Source of the DNA: Acidobacteriota bacterium
GTDB taxonomy: Bacteria > Acidobacteriota > UBA890 > WLXD01
Assembly: GCA_963666215.2 (NCBI GenBank)
Contig: CAXWPL010000001.1
Location: 320,001 to 384,000, forward strand
Reading direction: 5' to 3'
Length of the DNA stretch: 64,000 nucleotides
Part shown: one piece after another, positions 61,776 through 64,000 of the stretch
Numbering within the stretch: the stretch's first letter is position 1
Layout of the letters: the number at the start of each line of letters is the position of its first letter
Position numbers and translations under genes: made by a program
The notes under the pieces: model-generated
What the model was told of the DNA's origin: nothing
What the model saw: only the letters and a program-made list of their open reading frames with translations
Database searches by the model: none

Positions 61776-63845
61776 CTAGCAGGAGATGCAGTTGTTGTTG
61801 TTCACCACGCCGTGGCTCTCGAGCAGAGCAATGGTCGAGGGGAACGGCTGCACACGCTGCTGCGGGCCGTTGGCCATGTCGACCGTCGTCTGGCCGCGGC
61901 GGCTGACGAAGGTCGGGTCGGCGCCGCGCTCGACGAGGAAACGGACCGTATCGTCGTCGCCGCGGGAGGCGGCGTTGTGGAGGGCCGAGTAGCCGTCGTG
62001 ATCGCGCACGTTCACATCGACGCCAAGCTCGTCAATGAGGTACTTCACCGACGCCAGCCATCCATCGGGAACATGCCGGTGCTGCTGCCCCACGCGCGAG
62101 GTACCGTAGCCCACACCCGAGGCGGCGTGCAGCGGGTGCACGGCGGGACCTCCGACAGGCGTCTCGGGAAGTCCGGAGTGGTCCTCCTCCTTCTCCTCTT
62201 CTTTCGCTTGCGCGGCAGCGGGCGCGCTCGGGGTAGCAGGAGCGCCGGGCACACCTGGCGTGGGCAACGTCCCGCCACGAGAAGGCGGCAGCCCGGACGG
62301 CCCGCGGGATCGGCGCGGTGCCGGCTTGGTGGTGGGAATGTTCGGGTCGGCGCCGTACTGGTGCAACAAGCGCATGGCCTTGACGTCGGTGGCGTAGGCT
62401 GCGCGCCAGAACGGGGTAGCGCCGCTGAAGTCGACGCCCATGCGACCGGCGTTATAGGCGGCATACCAGATGTGGGTCTTGACTCGGGCGTTGGGATCGG
62501 CGCCGGCTTCGAGCAGGGCCTCCATCAGGTCGAGGTACGAGGTGTTCTGCCGCTGAGAGGCGGTAGGCTGCGGATACCAGGTGCGCAGCGACCACTCGTT
62601 GTTGATGGTGGCGAACAGTGGGCCGGCGTTGTCCTCGCTCAGCGCGTCAGGGTCGGCGCCCTGCTGCAGCAACATCATGGCGAGGTCGTAGTTGCCGTTG
62701 ATGATCGCCACCAGCAGCGGGCTGGACTCGTCGCCGCCGGCGAGATGATTGACGTCGGCACCGGCGGCAACCAGCAACTCGGCAGCTTCCATGCGGCCGT
62801 CGCGTGCGGCGTAGTGCAACGCGGTCATGCCGCCTTGTCTGCCAACCATGTCGGTGTAGGAGAGAGGCTCAGGCTCGTCCGTCTTCGGCTCGACGTCGGG
62901 GATCTCGTCGGGCCTGGCGTCCGGCTCGTCAGGATCTGCCGGGGCCACGGGAGAGGCTGGCTTCTTGGAGGCCGCGGCCATCCGTTCCGCCGGATCTTCA
63001 GGATCGGCGCGGTTCTCGTCCGGCAGGGCTGCAGGCTCGTCCGGCTCTGCGGGTTCTGCCGGCGCCGCGGGATCTGCCGGATTATCCGGATCGGGAGGCT
63101 CGGCGGCGGCGCCGGGCTCGCTTTCGGGCTCTTCGTCCTCCGGCTCCTTGGCGGCATCGATCAATCGCTGGCGAAGCCGACGCTCGGCGAGATCGGCCAC
63201 GGCCCGTGCAGGGTAGTCGATGACCGCCGTCGCGGCTGAGACATCGGCGCCGGCCTCGATGAGCATCTCCATGGCGCGCAGGCGCGAGCGCGCGGTGGCG
63301 TAGATCAGCGGCGTCCGATTCGAGGCGGCGTCGAGCGCATTGACGTCTGCACCGTGCTCGAGCAGAGCGAGAATGGCGGCGGGCTCGCCGGCTTGCGCCG
63401 CGAGATGGATCGGCAGAACGCCCGTGGAAGTGCGCGCGTTCGCCTTGCTGCCGGCATCCAGCAACGCCGAGACAGCATGGCGCCGGCCCTGACGAGCGGC
63501 AAGGTGCAGCGGGGTGTAGCCGCCGAGGCGCGTGGTGGCCTCCAGCGTAGCGCCGGCGTAGAGCAGAACCTCGAGGGTGGCCACGTCGCCGTTGAGCGCC
63601 GCCCAGTGGAGCGCGGTCGTGCCATCACCCTGCGCGGCGTTGACGTCTTCCCCGTTGCGCAGGAGCGAACGCACGGTTTCTGTGTCGCCGCGCATCGCGG
63701 CGTCGGCCACGGTCGACGCTGGAGGCGTGGGCTTTGCGACCGGCTCAGCAACCGCCACCGACATCGAAATCAGAAGCACGAGCACGGCGGCGGCGGCGAC
63801 GTTGATGTGGGAACGGCTACGAGTGCGCCACATGAGACACCTCAC
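61776..63845 (-). CDS. Exported ankyrin-repeat protein with Pro/acidic linkers
   Basis: Signal peptide. TALHWAA, TPLHLAA, TALHYAAR, TPFWRAA, SALHNAA repeats. Ends NNNCISC. Start 63845 (GTGA overlap) or 63833. Confidence 0.92.
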   Translation of the reverse strand: MRCLMWRTRSRSHINVAAAAVLVLLISMSVAVAEPVAKPTPPASTVADAAMRGDTETVRSLLRNGEDVNAAQGDGTTALHWAALNGDVATLEVLLYAGATLEATTRLGGYTPLHLAARQGRRHAVSALLDAGSKANARTSTGVLPIHLAAQAGEPAAILALLEHGADVNALDAASNRTPLIYATARSRLRAMEMLIEAGADVSAATAVIDYPARAVADLAERRLRQRLIDAAKEPEDEEPESEPGAAAEPPDPDNPADPAAPAEPAEPDEPAALPDENRADPEDPAERMAAASKKPASPVAPADPDEPDARPDEIPDVEPKTDEPEPLSYTDMVGRQGGMTALHYAARDGRMEAAELLVAAGADVNHLAGGDESSPLLVAIINGNYDLAMMLLQQGADPDALSEDNAGPLFATINNEWSLRTWYPQPTASQRQNTSYLDLMEALLEAGADPNARVKTHIWYAAYNAGRMGVDFSGATPFWRAAYATDVKAMRLLHQYGADPNIPTTKPAPRRSRGPSGLPPSRGGTLPTPGVPGAPATPSAPAAAQAKEEEKEEDHSGLPETPVGGPAVHPLHAASGVGYGTSRVGQQHRHVPDGWLASVKYLIDELGVDVNVRDHDGYSALHNAASRGDDDTVRFLVERGADPTFVSRRGQTTVDMANGPQQRVQPFPSTIALLESHGVVNNNNCISC

Positions 63846-64000
63846 GAGGTGAACGAGAAGTCGCCGGTGCTGTCGCCGAAGCTCTGCCGATCGGACATGC
63901 CGAGCTTGTGCATCAGGCTGAGCATGACGTTGGCCATCGGCGTGCCGTCCTCGGCGCGAATGTGCTGGCCGCCGTCGAGCTGCCCGTTGGCGCCCCCCAT
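63842..64000 (-). CDS. C-terminus of a DUF1552 domain protein (partial)
   Basis: Own translation: MGGANGQLDGGQHIRAEDGTPMANVMLSLMHKLGMSDRQSFGDSTGDFSFTS*. The FGDSTG terminus and downstream ankyrin gene are typical. Confidence 0.85.
   Translation of the reverse strand: MGGANGQLDGGQHIRAEDGTPMANVMLSLMHKLGMSDRQSFGDSTGDFSFTS

Noticed and set aside
62860-63150. Repetitive GGATC/GGCTC-rich stretch as a repeat array or CRISPR
   Set aside because: It encodes the Pro/Glu/Asp linker of the ankyrin protein and has no constant repeat-spacer period. No CRISPR array or cas gene was seen in the window.

Overview
GC-rich bacterial chromosomal window, most likely from an Acidobacteriota genome (inferred from two PadR + duplicated-permease (ADOP) pairs, a DUF1552-ankyrin operon end, a wHTH-TM-TolB-like regulator and a VPS10/BNR protein). 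It holds a minor type IV pilin cluster, tRNA-Glu(CTC), typA, a VapBC pair, a ROK/phosphomannose-isomerase-like/Na+:solute symporter operon, a TetR-controlled MMPL locus, a DUF1326-DUF2182 pair, a divergent two-gene beta-oxidation module (dehydrogenase-hydratase fusion plus HNPF-type thiolase), many exported hydrolases and two ankyrin proteins. Mobile elements: an IS1595-family element running off the left edge (its transposase is on the minus strand and missing from the ORF track), an IS256, an IS481 and IS-end remnants. The dominant unexplained pattern is heavy gene erosion: about a dozen genes are truncated, frameshifted, internally deleted or joined to unrelated DNA, and several junctions read plausibly in both partners (microhomology-like). 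No CRISPR array or rRNA was seen. I could not demonstrate a single new system; the best candidates are the inverted beta-oxidation module, the antisense mini-gene in the IS1595 leader, the MMPL-LolA-like fusion and the fragment-joining pattern. All family assignments come from motif recognition, not database searches.
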